From: Ophelia neglecta
Lineage: Eukaryota
Direction of reading: 5' to 3'
Length of the DNA: 64,000 nt
NCBI GenBank assembly: GCA_965285935.1
Contig: OZ260663.1
Coordinates: 76,074,001-76,138,000 of the forward strand
Positions within the stretch are counted from its first letter, which is position 1. Each line of letters begins with the position of its first letter. Both the position numbers and the translations under genes were made by a program. Shown here one piece after another: positions 22,596-35,237 of the stretch. The notes under the pieces were generated by a model. The model made no database searches and was not told where the DNA came from. It saw only the letters and a program-made list of their open reading frames with translations.

Positions 22596-25359
22596 TCAAA
22601 TTGAGCACAGACAATTATTAAATTGGACATGGATGAGATGAATACTAAAGCAATTTATTAAATTTAATTCGAACCATTAATGAATAAATGTATCATAAAG
22701 ATCTGAAGGGGATATTATACGCCTGAGCACGGTTCAGTGTTTATCTTCATTTATTAACGTTAGGCCTAACACCTCTTCGTCTATATTTACGGTCGATAGT
22801 TTCAGACGAATTATCGCTCAATGTGAGACTTAGTTTAAGTGCAAAGGTTAGTTTCCTCTTTGTTCTTGTTTGTTATTTTTCGAGGATATGGCTATGAAAC
22901 AACTTTAACCGAATATTATATTGTGAATATATTACAAACAGTTCATGATTACATTGTGGTTCCAATTTACCCTCTAAACAGGAGAGTGCTATGGCGATTC
23001 TGTGCCGTTGACTTTTCACCTTGCCCGGTCATTGTACTCACAATAACTGTCGTTATGGCACACACGATATGCTTTCCAAACGGCCTGCCATCCTAACTGA
23101 CGATGAAATAAATCAGCGCAGAGACGGGTAAACAGAAGATTCATTGAGGATTTGCGTGCTGACATTGAAGCTTGAGGCAGCCTCCCGGCCATTTCCTGGA
23201 GAAGGCCTGCAAACGGCAAACCAGAGCTTCACCGCCGACCATTAGCATTTTCCCGTCGGCTTTATACCTCCCGAGCAATTTGAACAAGGACAGAACGTAT
23301 TTTATTGTCGCTCGTTGATATTGGCAACTTTAGCGTCTCGGGCAGGAGACCTCTGCGCATGGTTGGCACTAGCTGCTCAAAATACAAAGTTACGATTAAA
23401 CACTTATAGACCAAAAGTCGTTAAAAATTATTAGGCCCTAAATTTAAAAAAAAAACGACATGAAACCGAAATGAAGCATATGAGTTATTAATCATCACCG
23501 TGTTTTTGCGCCAAGTATGCGATCCTCCAACACAAAGTGATGAATTTACGGCCGAAATCGTCATGGAATGGAAAATGTAGCGTGAAATAATTCTGTTCAA
23601 CCTGCTCGGTAAACGAGCTGGTTTGGACATCAAATTTTACGATTGTAGCTGGCTGAAGCCCACATTACAAAGTCGTGGATTACACTTAGATTTACTTGCA
23701 TATAGTAGCTTATATTATATTATTAAAAATCTTCATTATCGCTTGAGCTTTCGGTAGAACTATTTTTCTCAGGGGTCGACCCAAGGGCATAATTTTACAT
23801 AATATTGGCCTAAAGGTAAACCGTCTTTTACATAAAACGATATGGTTTACAGTCTCAATCCAGGTAAACCTGGTTTCACGACTTTCAAATTACCTCCCTA
23901 ATCACTGGAGCTGTACCTCGAGATATTCACCTGACCAGATCATTCATGTGGTTGCTCATAAGGCAACACTAATCGCTAGGGGGGTACCGTCTCCGAGCAG
24001 AGAAGATGCTGCGTCCGGGATACAGCGTCTGAGACTTGAGAACCGCCCGAGGTCGAGGTGGGTCCGACCTTTGTGTACCTCGAGCTGCTCTGATCTGATT
24101 GACGATGGCCGGACTGATCAATGTTTGACTGAAGTCCCCGAGGCGATGGCCCGGGGTGCGGCATTGGGGCTCTACGCCTCCCCCTAAGGATCGATTGTTG
24201 ACAGAAGAACAGATCGATACAGGAAGAGACGTTAAGGAATCACCCAGTGTCTATTACAACATCGATTGTGGCTCGCTGCAGTGCACTGGCGGATGTAACA
24301 ATATCTCTGATTAGTGTATGTATACAATAAACTTGATTAGTGGCTGAGAGATTGTCAACCGACATCCTGCTGTACAGATAGAGTACAGACTCGGGATTCA
24401 AGGCCCGCTGCGACCGATCGATAACTGGGTCGAGGGAGAAAATAATTATCAGATATTTCGTCAGATCTCGCGGGTATTAGCATGTGCGCCCCAAACATTC
24501 TATATCCTCATCCGGCCCGACACGACGTCAGAGAACTAAAAGTACAGCTCTAAAATTATCGATCACTTCACTCGTGCCTACAGGCGGAACGCAAAAATCA
24601 CCACCGCATGAACAAAATATGGAGTTGGTCTATTGGAAAGTCTGTATCAGCCGCAAGAATTAATCAAATTTAAAGTGGTCACTAACCTTTATGGCGCTTG
24701 ATTTGCCATTAATTAGTCTATATTATATAGGACCACCTATGTAGTGACTTAACAAACGACTCCTGTTCAACTAAATTTATTCTTGTCACTAGGGCATAAA
24801 TTCACATACCGTACCCATAATGAGTTGTTCCAGCTGCAGGCAATGTCCGAAATATTTAACCTGACTTAGTCTTAGGCATCCTTTAAAAAAATATAGACCT
24901 TTTTCAGGTATGTCATTAAAAAGGAAAATTTCGGCTTGCCGAGTAAACCGGCCGTCCTTAATTAACGTCCTTCCTGAGAACCCTTCACGGGCGATTCCAT
25001 TCCGCTCTTGGAATTTTAATCGTTTATAATTTGTATTTACAATCGATGTTAGTCTATTTTTCCTGGCGGGCATGCCGATTGCCTGGAAAGCGGATACTTG
25101 TAAACCGCTAATCGATCGGAGTGCAAAGGCTAGCAATGACTTTGATGGCTCAAAACATTGTTAAATTTTGTAGTGTATTGCTGCATGGGTTTGTGCTAAA
25201 ATAAAAATTAACTTTAATGCTTTTCCACTGAATACCATATAAACCCTATTGACAATCCAAATTTACCATTTTCTGTCTAAAGGCCCTTGTACGCTTGCTG
25301 TGTACCATGAATGAATCGCATGCGAAAGAGTTACTTCCGAAATGAATTAAAGGTGTATC

Positions 25360-25702
25360 CTATCAATGTCACGGGTTGACCTTGATTTTAAAAGAAGGTC
25401 AATTAGATAATTTTGGTCAAAAGACTTTCTGACTGGCTACATTCGTGCCAAATTTTGCGGAAATCGGTCGGTAAACAGCTGAGATAAAGCCATTTGAAAT
25501 TTTCAAATTTTGGAAGTAGGTCAACCAAAAGTTAATGGCCTCGAGCCATTGTCCTATTCTAGGTTCTCACCAAATTTCATCGAAATCGGCCAAGTGGTTC
25601 TTGAGACATCTTGCAGACAGATGCACAGACAAACAGACAGACGGACACACAGACATGACAAAAAACATAATCTTTTCCCCCCCTATGGGGGCAAAGATAA
25701 TT
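25360..25702 (+). mobile_element. Helentron-associated non-autonomous element (HINE/DINE-1-like), 3' part
   Basis: Core with ttgacctt..aaggtcaa and two ccaaattt..gaaatcgg motifs, then a (GACA)-type microsatellite (25615-25660) and a terminal stem-loop atcttttccccccctatgggggcaaagat (25670-25698). This order is the established HINE layout. Confidence 0.75.
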
Positions 25703-25979
25703 AGCACATTCATTAATAAGGAAAACGAGATCATAAGAGTCCAAACCGTTGTAGAATATTTCACGGATATTCATTTCCTGGTGGTTAATGGAGCCCATTG
25801 AAGCATTATATTGTATTTTGGCCCAATAGATATATACATACATTTGTCATAGTTATAATATGAATAAAAGAAACCAATAGATTGTTTTGTCGATTAGTCT
25901 AATTTTCCTGAAAATTGAATCATCACTTCAGGGATACGCACACATACACAGGCTCACGTGCACTCGTTGAACATTATAA

Positions 25980-26600
25980 AGGGGGGAGGCACGGGGACTT
26001 GTGTCAGTGCTAATCTATGTATATCTAACTTCGTTGTTGGAAGATTTTTGTTGACACATGTCCCTGTGAGGGGAGTGAGTGGTACTATACTGCTTCATTG
26101 TCACGAGTATTCCTGTCAACGAATATCCCTGCATGTTTTTCATAAGGAGTTCAGGTGCCGTCTGCCCTTCCCGGAGTTCAGGGCTAGTATGCAATTTTTT
26201 TAGCACAAAATTGATACTCCTCTCCCCTACCAGTATTGGATGTTTTCCCGACAAACTGCCAGCATGGATTTGATGCATTAAGTCGTCAACTTTAAATAGA
26301 TTAAATCAGTCCTCCCTTTTTTTAACTAGACAAGTCTTTGTTACCCAGGATTAGGCCTGAAGAGAAATGCGTTTTTAAGAAGCTATAGTACTTGCTAGCT
26401 GCTGAGGATGCCAGCCGTGCTCTATCTGTTTACTTTCCCACACCACCCGGGGTAACCTCACCCCAAAGCATCCTACCAGCTCGATCAACTTATTCTCATC
26501 CAATGAGCAAAATTCTGCTACTGCCGGTCCCTTTCCAAGTACAGGTATTTTTTTTATCCTTGTACAACCTGTATAGACTATTTGAACGTCTATGCATTGT
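25980..26600 (-). pseudogene. Decayed apurinic-type endonuclease (APE/EEP) domain of a transposon
   Basis: Minus-strand motifs occur in order: TW...L.G*E*VDR......GGVG (the ETW / R.DR..GGGV motifs), then PILVGERSINF (resembling GDFNIN) and STT....RD. Interrupted by stops. Confidence 0.45.
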
Positions 26601-27283
26601 TTATATCTTTGTTAAACTTCCACTTTCTGGAGAGCATACATAATATAATATTATTGAAAAATTGGTGAAAACAAAAAGTCGGGTTTTTGGCATATGAATG
26701 CTACGCCGATATTATGAAGTGATGTAAACTGAGGGTTATGTCAACAATATATATAAAAATAAATTTGTCTGTGCCTTGACGTTATAATATGTGCTGTATT
26801 TATTTATTTTGTATTCATAATCCGCTGATGACAAGGTGTTATCTTACAATGTACCATACCGTTTTCCGAATATTAAAAATAAGATCTGTATACACTGACA
26901 CTGTTATAACATCTACGTGTGACTAAAGAGGGTTGCTGAGTAAATATTGTTTACATAAAGGTGAAAATTAGTGTTTTTTAACATTCCATGAACGTCAAGT
27001 AGTATGACACCGTTACACTTTATAAAAGTGAATAGCTTATTGTGACATAGAGGCCTGTTTGTTTTGCGCATAAACGAGCAGAAGCAGGAACATGTGTCGA
27101 ATTTCATAGAACCGAGGTAACCATGCAGTATGCAGCCTGCATTACCTTTCACCAATTCAATTTATTCCGCGAATGTTTGATTTGTGCTTTGTGCAGGTGA
27201 AGTTTGAGGTCGCTTAGTTATCATTTCTAGTGAAAGTGTACTTTTTTATAAGCCTATTAGCTAAGTTTGTCCATGGAACTGGC

Positions 27284-27968
27284 CTAGCATTCATTGTGTT
27301 CCTGTTCCATTAAAGCGTCTTGATCTGGCTCTTTGTTACTGTCTTCAGGTGTCCTTGCAGTTGGGATAATGTCATTTGTTTCTTGTGCTATTTCTGAAGT
27401 GTCCCCTTCTTCAATGACAAATATAGGTTTGTCCACACTCTCATTATTATTGTCATTTTTACTAACTTCACGTTCATGGTATTTCCCATTGAGAGAAAGT
27501 GAGTCTTCCTCTTTGACAGTTGTGAAGCTTTCCTCGCTTATTATATCGATTGTCTTACCCAGTACTACTAGACCATTGCTGGGCAGGCAATTGCCTTGGT
27601 TTTCGTTTGTTGAAAGGCCATGTTTAACATGTCCTTCTGAAAAAGAATCGTCCGCTTTAAACTTCACTATGTCGTCATCATTTCCGTAATTATTAGCTGA
27701 TAGTTGTGGTTCGTCTTTTGTGCCCTCGGAAACGTGTACACCATCAACTTCTATCTCAACTGGCAGCACTCCATCTCCTCTCTCCGCGTCAATTTCCACC
27801 GATTGTATTTCTATTTCACCCAGCCTATCGGGACCACTGTCGCTTACTACGGAGACTCCAGCTCCAGCTGTTTCTACCAGATCGGGGATGTCAGGAACGG
27901 AATCATATAAAGTAATTTTCTTATTATAGGCGGTCGATTTCTGAATACTTGCTAGTTTATCCTCGGCC
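27284..27968 (-). CDS. Terminal exon of an uncharacterised single-pass membrane protein: acidic, disordered cytoplasmic tail
   Basis: Acceptor ttcatactttcag at 27969-27981. The frame is open from 27967 (AEDKLASIQKSTAYNKKITLYDSVPDIP...) through the track ORF to the stop at 27284, with E/D/N/S-biased composition. AATAAA on the minus strand at 27161-27166. Confidence 0.8.
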
Positions 27969-28284
27969 CTGAAAGTATGAAATTTGATTTATTGTTGTAT
28001 ATGAACAATATACATATTCTTATTATTAGCTTTCGCAAAGCCGCAATTGAGGCTGCTCTTGCAATTTTGTGCAACGATTATCATCCGTTAGTAATGATCA
28101 TTTCCATCGGTCTGCAGTGTTGACATTAATTGCTGTGACAAGCGGAAGTGCTTAGCTAAAGAGACGGAACCGATCAATTTGTCTGTGACTTACGAGGCTA
28201 ATTGGGTCTAATGAGAGCGATAATCAGGGACTAGGGGACGAGGACAAGACTACTTGTAATGTACTCCCTCCTCGGCAAGCTTAC

Positions 28285-28414
28285 CGTTGCTTTCTTCTTC
28301 TAGTAACAAACAAGATGGTGAGTTCCACCAGGCCAACTACCACTGCTAGCAACACCATTCCAATCAGCACCCACACCCAGACAGGCATGTTTATCAACTC
28401 GGTTCTTCTGTAGA
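28285..28414 (-). CDS. Transmembrane exon of the same gene (absent from the ORF track)
   Basis: ttattatttttag| ...YRRTELINMPVWVWVLIGMVLLAVVVGLVELTILFVTRRRKQ(R) |gtaag. The phase-2 donor joins in frame (cg|g = Arg) to the 27968 exon across a 316-bp intron. Hydrophobic helix plus basic stop-transfer. Confidence 0.82.
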
Positions 28415-30715
28415 CTAAAAATAATAAGATTTAAATCCGTTTTAGCGGCCTATGGATTAGTAAAAATATATAGCCTTGAATTAACTGACGTGAGCAATTG
28501 TTTAAGGTAGGACAACAAGACAAGGTACAACGAGAAACTGAACTTGGGTTGTCTGAGGCTGCAAGCAACACTGAAATAAGTCTATGGGTAGTCCATGTTT
28601 AAATGTTTGTTTACGCACGGCTAAAGTTATGAATAAGGACTTCTACCTGTTATATTCAATTTGTTCCAACTGTTAATAAGTGCCTGATTAAGCTCAAGGT
28701 AAATTAAAAACAGAGACTGCATGTGTTTGACAAAAAGATCAATTTCGATGGAATATGAAAAATAAAAATATGTGAATAGCGTGACTAATAAAATTCAAGG
28801 AGTAAAGTGACTAATAAAATTCAAGGAGTGCGGACTTGGCGGTACAGGAAGTTAAAGCCTAAAGTCGAATTATATTTGTTTACATAATTTCTGATTATTT
28901 ATCAGAAATTATTGTATGTATTGAGTTGTCAAATAAAGATTAACACGAGCTAGTAGTTAAAGGAATTCGGGACTTTGACCTGATAACCACTCAAGTTTTA
29001 TACTTTATTCGCTCTTATCTGCTCTAATTAAATTTCTTCTATAGTGGAATTTAAATTGCCTTTCATGTTAAACCTGACTACGACGGCTCATGAGCAATAC
29101 AATACAAGAAATACTATAACTTGTAGATAAACAACTTGAACCAGCATGAACAAATGGGTTTTCATTGTCACTAAGTATAGCTAATCATGTTGATGATTCA
29201 TATGGAGGTTAAATGAAGTATAGATAAGTTTATCGTAAAACTTATACCTACTGGTAAAATTAAAAGTTTATAAAAAAAAACAATCCGATTAATCAATGTT
29301 AAGCAATTTAACGCCTCCGCCAACGCCCCATACCCTCCAAACACAACTCTACCATTTTATTTTGTTTTCCTTTCTCCTTCCCATACAAGACAAGAACGCA
29401 ACAAAACCCCTCCTCTCCCTCCCAGTCCTCCTCTCCTCCCAGGCATACTCCCGTCACCCCATAAGTAACCATCTACATCTCAAAGAAGAAAAATCGATCG
29501 GATAAAGAGATTAGATCGGGCACTTCACATGAATATGACAAAGAAGGAAGAAATGACAATACCATTATTGTACATGTTATAGATATAACCGTTGGCTCTC
29601 AACTTAATTAATATATCCTTAACTAGAACATTTAAACTTAACTAAATACTGACTATCATATAACGGAAGTGCAGGACTGGCCACAGGTACAAATTTCTAA
29701 TGTCATAAACCTAGATACAACCAGAGTGCGACTAACTGGAAAGTCTTCTTGGAGGTTATCAGACAATTTTGCGGCTATTTAGAATGGATATGGCATTCGG
29801 ATTAGTTTCTATCCTTTAGAGCAACAGCATAAACCGTCGTATAGATAACATAGTCTTCGCCCTACCTATGGTGGTCAGGTGCCGAGATGTGCGTATATAA
29901 ACCTATGTAGGGTGAGTATTATAAGTGACCGTGGGTTAAACTTGATCTCACCTTATTTCAAACGGAGTTTTTGTTAAATCACCGCTCGCACTGACCCATC
30001 AAGATCTCTGGTAATCCTTGATCGATGTGTGCATATCTACACTCTATGACAAATATAGTATTCTAGGCCTGCAATGTTGTCTTTGTCATCTCACCTAAAT
30101 GCTCATAAAGACTGCATGTCATTATATCTAATTAATAGATAACCTTATTTCATATATACACCTGTTGCCGACCAAAATCCAGATTAGAATATTAGTAATC
30201 TTGTAATTGGCTGGTATGTATTTCCAGCTTTTCCAGACACCTACATGATACAATCCCAAACCTAACTAGGAAGAAAGTTATGTTAAAACACAAGGGCTTT
30301 GACTGTGTTGACGAATTAATTAGCCTATTACCAACCATTGGTGGAAGTATCCATTACGTACCTGATAAACCTCTTGAACATTGAGTATCTTCTCATTGGA
30401 CTGGTATGTTTGAATACAAAGTAAAGCAGACATTTGACAAGTAGGCTGCCATCTTATGGAGCGTAATAAACCGGTATATTTATGGATTTTGTCGACACTG
30501 TGATCAGGGCAGACGACAGATTTATAAATTAGTCACCAGGAACTTTTAGTAAGGAAAAGTGTGCAGACTTATATATTAACTTGCAAAAATAACTACTTCC
30601 GTCCTAGAAAATCTGTCATAACGATAATATGGATATCAAGGCAATAGGCGTTAATACCAGATTTATAATCTTATATCTTATCATTTGAAACTAAACTGTA
30701 ATATGATAGCAACAG

Positions 30716-31647
30716 AGCGCAACTTAATTCCACAGGTGGTAACCCAGCATAATGTAATGCAGCGTAATTCGGCCTAATGTTACAAGTGTAACATGTAACT
30801 TCGATACCAAGTTATACTATAACATTATTGTACTAGCTATAACATTGTTATCAAAACATATCCAGATTTTACAAGTAGAGACACTGATTCGCATATTTGC
30901 TGGCTTTAGATTATAAGAATAAAAAAAATAGTCGTTTTATAGGCAATATATATCCCGGGGAAATACAGCTATTATATATATCCTATTATCACAAACCATT
31001 GAATAAAGCCAGCTTAACTGATATTTCGTTTTTATGATGTTGTATTACGTTGCATTAAGTACCGTTGGGCTTTTAAAACAGAGCACTTTAGGTTCTCGTC
31101 GGGCGGTTTTCATTTTAGTTTCCTTTCTAAATACTAGAAATGATACTTTTTTTATGGTTTCATTAATTGAAAATTATAGTAAAAATATGAGTACTCTTGC
31201 TATTGACACAAGCATGGCCCCGTTCCTCTCACTTCCGGTATTTGATTTTGACAAGAGAAACACTACGATTGCACATAGAGTTTCGGTATATTATTGTCAC
31301 CTACTAGGAATAACCCCGGAACCTCTTTGCTTGAAGCGTGACGGATATAAATGACATTTTGTGCTGCATAGATAACTCCAAAACATGGTATTTTGATTAA
31401 AAATTATGTCGTATGGCGAGCGCTGACGAGAACTTAATTTTTTTTCTTGTTCTGTTGTATTCGTAGTATGATGATTTGTAATTACCATCATCTGTACTCT
31501 GATTATCAGTATTACATTGCATCAACTTGCATTTCGTTGCAATTCGTTACAACAATTACGTTGCCTTCTGTTACACATGTTGCACTACGCTAAAATTACG
31601 TTGTATTCCATTGCATTGAATTACCTATTGTGGAATTTCGTTGCGCT
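30716..31647. mobile_element. Old foldback-like element: diverged inverted arms built from 5-mer repeats
   Basis: 30716-30793 (agcgcaacttaattccacaggtggtaa...gtgtaaca) aligns with the reverse complement of 31569-31647 (agcgcaacgaaattccacaataggtaa...gtgtaaca). The right arm lies in a degenerate (cgttg/cattg/catta) array at 31510-31720. Confidence 0.55.
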
Positions 31648-31989
31648 ACGTTGCATGATATGTTGTCTTATGTAGCATTACGATGCATGACGTTGCATTG
31701 CGTTGCTGTACGTAACATTAAGGCACAACCGGAAACAAGCACAGCTGAAGAAGAGCATGACCGCAGATGATTAAATGGTCAACAAAAGGCACTTGAGTTT
31801 ACGGCTCGTCATTATTAATTCTTTTAATCATATTATGAATTTTACTTTTTATTATTTATTACTTTTTATTATTTTCAGTTTTCAGCACTTTTTAATATAC
31901 TCTTTCGTTTAAAAATTTACCAAATGGCTAGCATTGGTACACGGTTCCATTTTCAGTACCTGTAATTTGGGGTTGCGCCATCGCCGCTT

Positions 31990-33268
31990 GTACCTGCCTC
32001 GCTTGTACCTACCTCCGCTACTGCGCCATGTAATCCTGGGCTGCACCGGTAATCGACTCATCTATACTTTCGCATGTAGGCCAGGGTATTACTGGTACTC
32101 TTACTAACTATAGTAACTAGTAAATGTAGATTTGGGTGACAATGGAATCAATTTCTACACTACGAGTACATGTACATCTGGGATATGTCCCCAGTAGAAG
32201 ATAATTTATACCGATGCTTATTTCATTATTTTCCCTTTCTAAAAGATTTTTTTTTATTTTGAAAAGGAAGAGTATATAAAATGTGCTGATAACTAAAAAT
32301 AATAAAAAGTAAAAATCATTATATAGTTAAAAGTATTAATAATGACAAGCCGTAAACTCAATTGCCTTTGGTATCGATGGTACCCGTCTCCGATTTCTTG
32401 TACATGTAGATCTGGAGACTACAGGTACTCGTCTTCTGTATAATCACTTGTACATCTGGGTAACACTGGTACTTGTTTCCACTACTAGTACATGTAGATC
32501 TGAGTAGTATTGGTGCCAGTCTCCCATTTTTTTTATTTGGAATTCTGGGATGCGACATCGACGCTGGACTAGGGCTGGTTGTTGTCACAAACGATATATC
32601 TTTATTTGGCTAGATCATACTACTCTTATTTATTCTCTGTTCTTAGCGCGTTTTTTTTCCACTTAATATTATGATTGTCTTAATATTTATGTGCAATCTT
32701 GTCATTTTTATTTTATTTTGAGTTATTCACATATGTTAACTAATTTCGTTTGGTGGTGACAATAAATCTTTTTAATTGAATTCTGAATTGACTTGGTACT
32801 AGCCTCCGCTACTAGTACTTGCAGATCTTGGTAGGTCTGGTATCCATGTCCCCTAGTAGTACAATTAAATCTGGGTAGAGCTCGTACCGTCTTCAATACT
32901 AGTACAAGTTGACCATGATGGCCCTGTGAATCCTTTCCTATTTTTAACGTTAGTATATGGTATAAGTCTTGTACCCGTCATCTAGTAGTATATTTAAATC
33001 TGGGTAGATCTGGAAACCGTTCTCACTACTCGTACTTATGGATCTTGATATCCTGTGAATCCTTCCCTATTTTTGACGTTAGTATATGTAGATTTGAGTA
33101 TGTTTTATTCCCGTCCTCCTAGTAGTATATTGAAATCTGGGTAGATCGGTAGCCGCCTCCAGTACTCGTACATGTGGACATTGGTCTTCCTGTGAATCCT
33201 TCTCCATTACTAACGTTGTTACTTGTAGACTAATAGTACATCAAGTTAAATCTGGGTAGAGCTGGTGT
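31990..33268. repeat. Interrupted, degenerate ~40-bp minisatellite with a ~115-137-bp higher-order unit at 32860-33268
   Basis: tagtacatgtagatctgggta variants throughout; aaatctgggtaga at 32868, 32996, 33133 and 33248; cctgtgaatcctt three times. Confidence 0.75.
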
Positions 33269-33602
33269 CATGAAGGGTGCATTAGGATTCCTATAAGCCA
33301 CTATTATAACGCATTATTTTTAAGTCATATTGAAAAGATTCAAGTCATTATCATTTCGAAGGGAAATCTCGGTGTAATTACTGGTTAAAAATTCACACCA
33401 TGATGACCTATTGCACTGTATACGCGGTTGTCCAACACTAATAGCCCGGTGCCAATGAAAACACGTAAAATAGTTCGCCAGAAATGTTATCATTGTCAAA
33501 TATATTAGCACCCAGAGATCAACCAATGACCAGACATGTATCCAGAAGTCATAATATGTCCATTATTCGCTTTGAAATGGAAAAATTCAGAAAAAAATAG
33601 AT

Positions 33603-33806
33603 GGGGGTTCATATCTCGATCGCGTCAAACCCAACAAGACATAAAAATGGGTATTAATAGCTCCCCTGCCACGAGCCCGTCATCTCGGGGGTAGTATCAG
33701 GACTGATCAACCTGGTGTCAGGAAAATGTGACTTGGCGCTTGTCTGGTGTCTACGGCAGGAACTTCAGTGATGAAGCACTATAAAGAGCACTATAAAGAG
33801 GGCATT
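33603..33806 (+). mobile_element. tRNA-derived SINE with a Meta-type core domain (decayed)
   Basis: B-box remnant ggggttcatatctc, then gtcaaacc..aagacataaaaatgggta..gctcccctgcc, caggactg..ggtgtcagga.aatgtgact and cttcagtga..agcactataaa, matching the MetaSINE core as I recall it. Confidence 0.65.
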
Positions 33807-34777
33807 GATATATGTGGTATATGTAAGCAGTACGTGTAAATAGTATATCGAAGTAGTATGAGTAAGAAGTATAACAAAGTAGTATTGGCTGGATCACTTG
33901 GATCCAGAATGGGAGCCTATAGGGAAGTATATCTTCGACATTTTAAAGGGTTCTCAAATTCGACCTTAAGTTCCATTTCAAGGACAATAGAAAAATCATG
34001 ATTACTCCCGCTGCTTTATCAGTTAAAACTTAGTACTAATGGGGAATCTATAGGTTACGAACTAAATTATTGCAGTAGTGAGAGTTTAATCGGCCATTTG
34101 CTCTTGGCTGTCTAGGCATCAGTTTGCAAAGCATTCGCAGCTAGCTGGGGCTTAAGGTTCAGTTTGTAACCCTAGTTTGGTTAGAATTGGACAGCATGCA
34201 TATAATGATGTGAAACGAGTTGTTAGCTCCCCCGGGAGAGTGATTTCATGGGTGTCTTGGGCTTGCCAAACGCTCTGCATGAACATGGTGGTGTAATTAA
34301 GAAAACATCTGGACATATTATGTGGCCATGGCTACAGATCCTGTATAGTTTTGTGGATTACTCAATAACCCTACAGCTGATGGTTTTAGACGGGGGACAT
34401 TTCACACGGTTAGCCTGTCTAGTTATTAACGTCAGTTCATGTAGATCAGGGAAGGAGTAGTACCATCCTACGATTCTCGAAGATCGTGACGGGGAAATGC
34501 CCGCTTGCTGGGGCGTCACTCATGTCTCACTGATTATATTTCGACCATTAATAGAGAATTGGATCATTTTACATAACATAGACACGAGATTTCATAGATA
34601 AGGGTATTTTTCTTTTAAGTGCCAAGGATGAGACAAAAAACCTTCGGGATGGACAATGAGGAGAACGGGTCACAAACGTTTCATCTTGGGATCTTCCCAC
34701 AAATATATAGATCCTTATACTGATCGGTTCAAATTCCCCGGAATTCCCCACTCCCCACACTGCATTGTCAAAGTTGT

Positions 34778-35237
34778 CCTGGGGGGGGGGAGGGGGGGGG
34801 GGTTACTAGGTCCTGTTTTGATAGGATGTGCCTCTGCGTTTTGGAAAACAGGCCCATTCATGAGGCAAAAATAGAACCATTCTTGCATGAATTTGGTTCT
34901 AATATTTTAATCACTTGGCTTTTCATTGAAAACAGGCTTTGGTCAGATAATTTTCTGTCTTTCCTGCAAAATAAACTTGAAAACACACACAATCATGTAA
35001 GAAAAGCTCCAAATTAGACGCCGTACATATACATTCATGCCCTGAAAAAACCCACCGTGTAAGCAGCATAGTGTCCAACTTCCCCGTGTCTCTCCCCCCC
35101 CCCCCCCCCCCCGATGAACACGTGATAACAAAGAGCCGTTGTTGAAAACCGACACTTTTCTCGGAGAAGTTGGATGGACTGTGCATATGTTGCGTGCCTT
35201 TATATGATAGAACCCCCTCCCCCCCCCCCCCTCCCTC
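34778..35237. mobile_element. Non-autonomous DNA transposon(s) with G-tract/C-tract termini, probably nested
   Basis: Left end Gn-gttacta, right end tagaac-Cn, with an additional internal C tract at 35094-35112. Confidence 0.45.

Noticed and set aside
28781-28829. 23-bp direct repeat gtgactaataaaattcaaggagt (similar small duplications at ~57030 and ~61980)
   Set aside because: Ordinary slippage duplications with no further structure.
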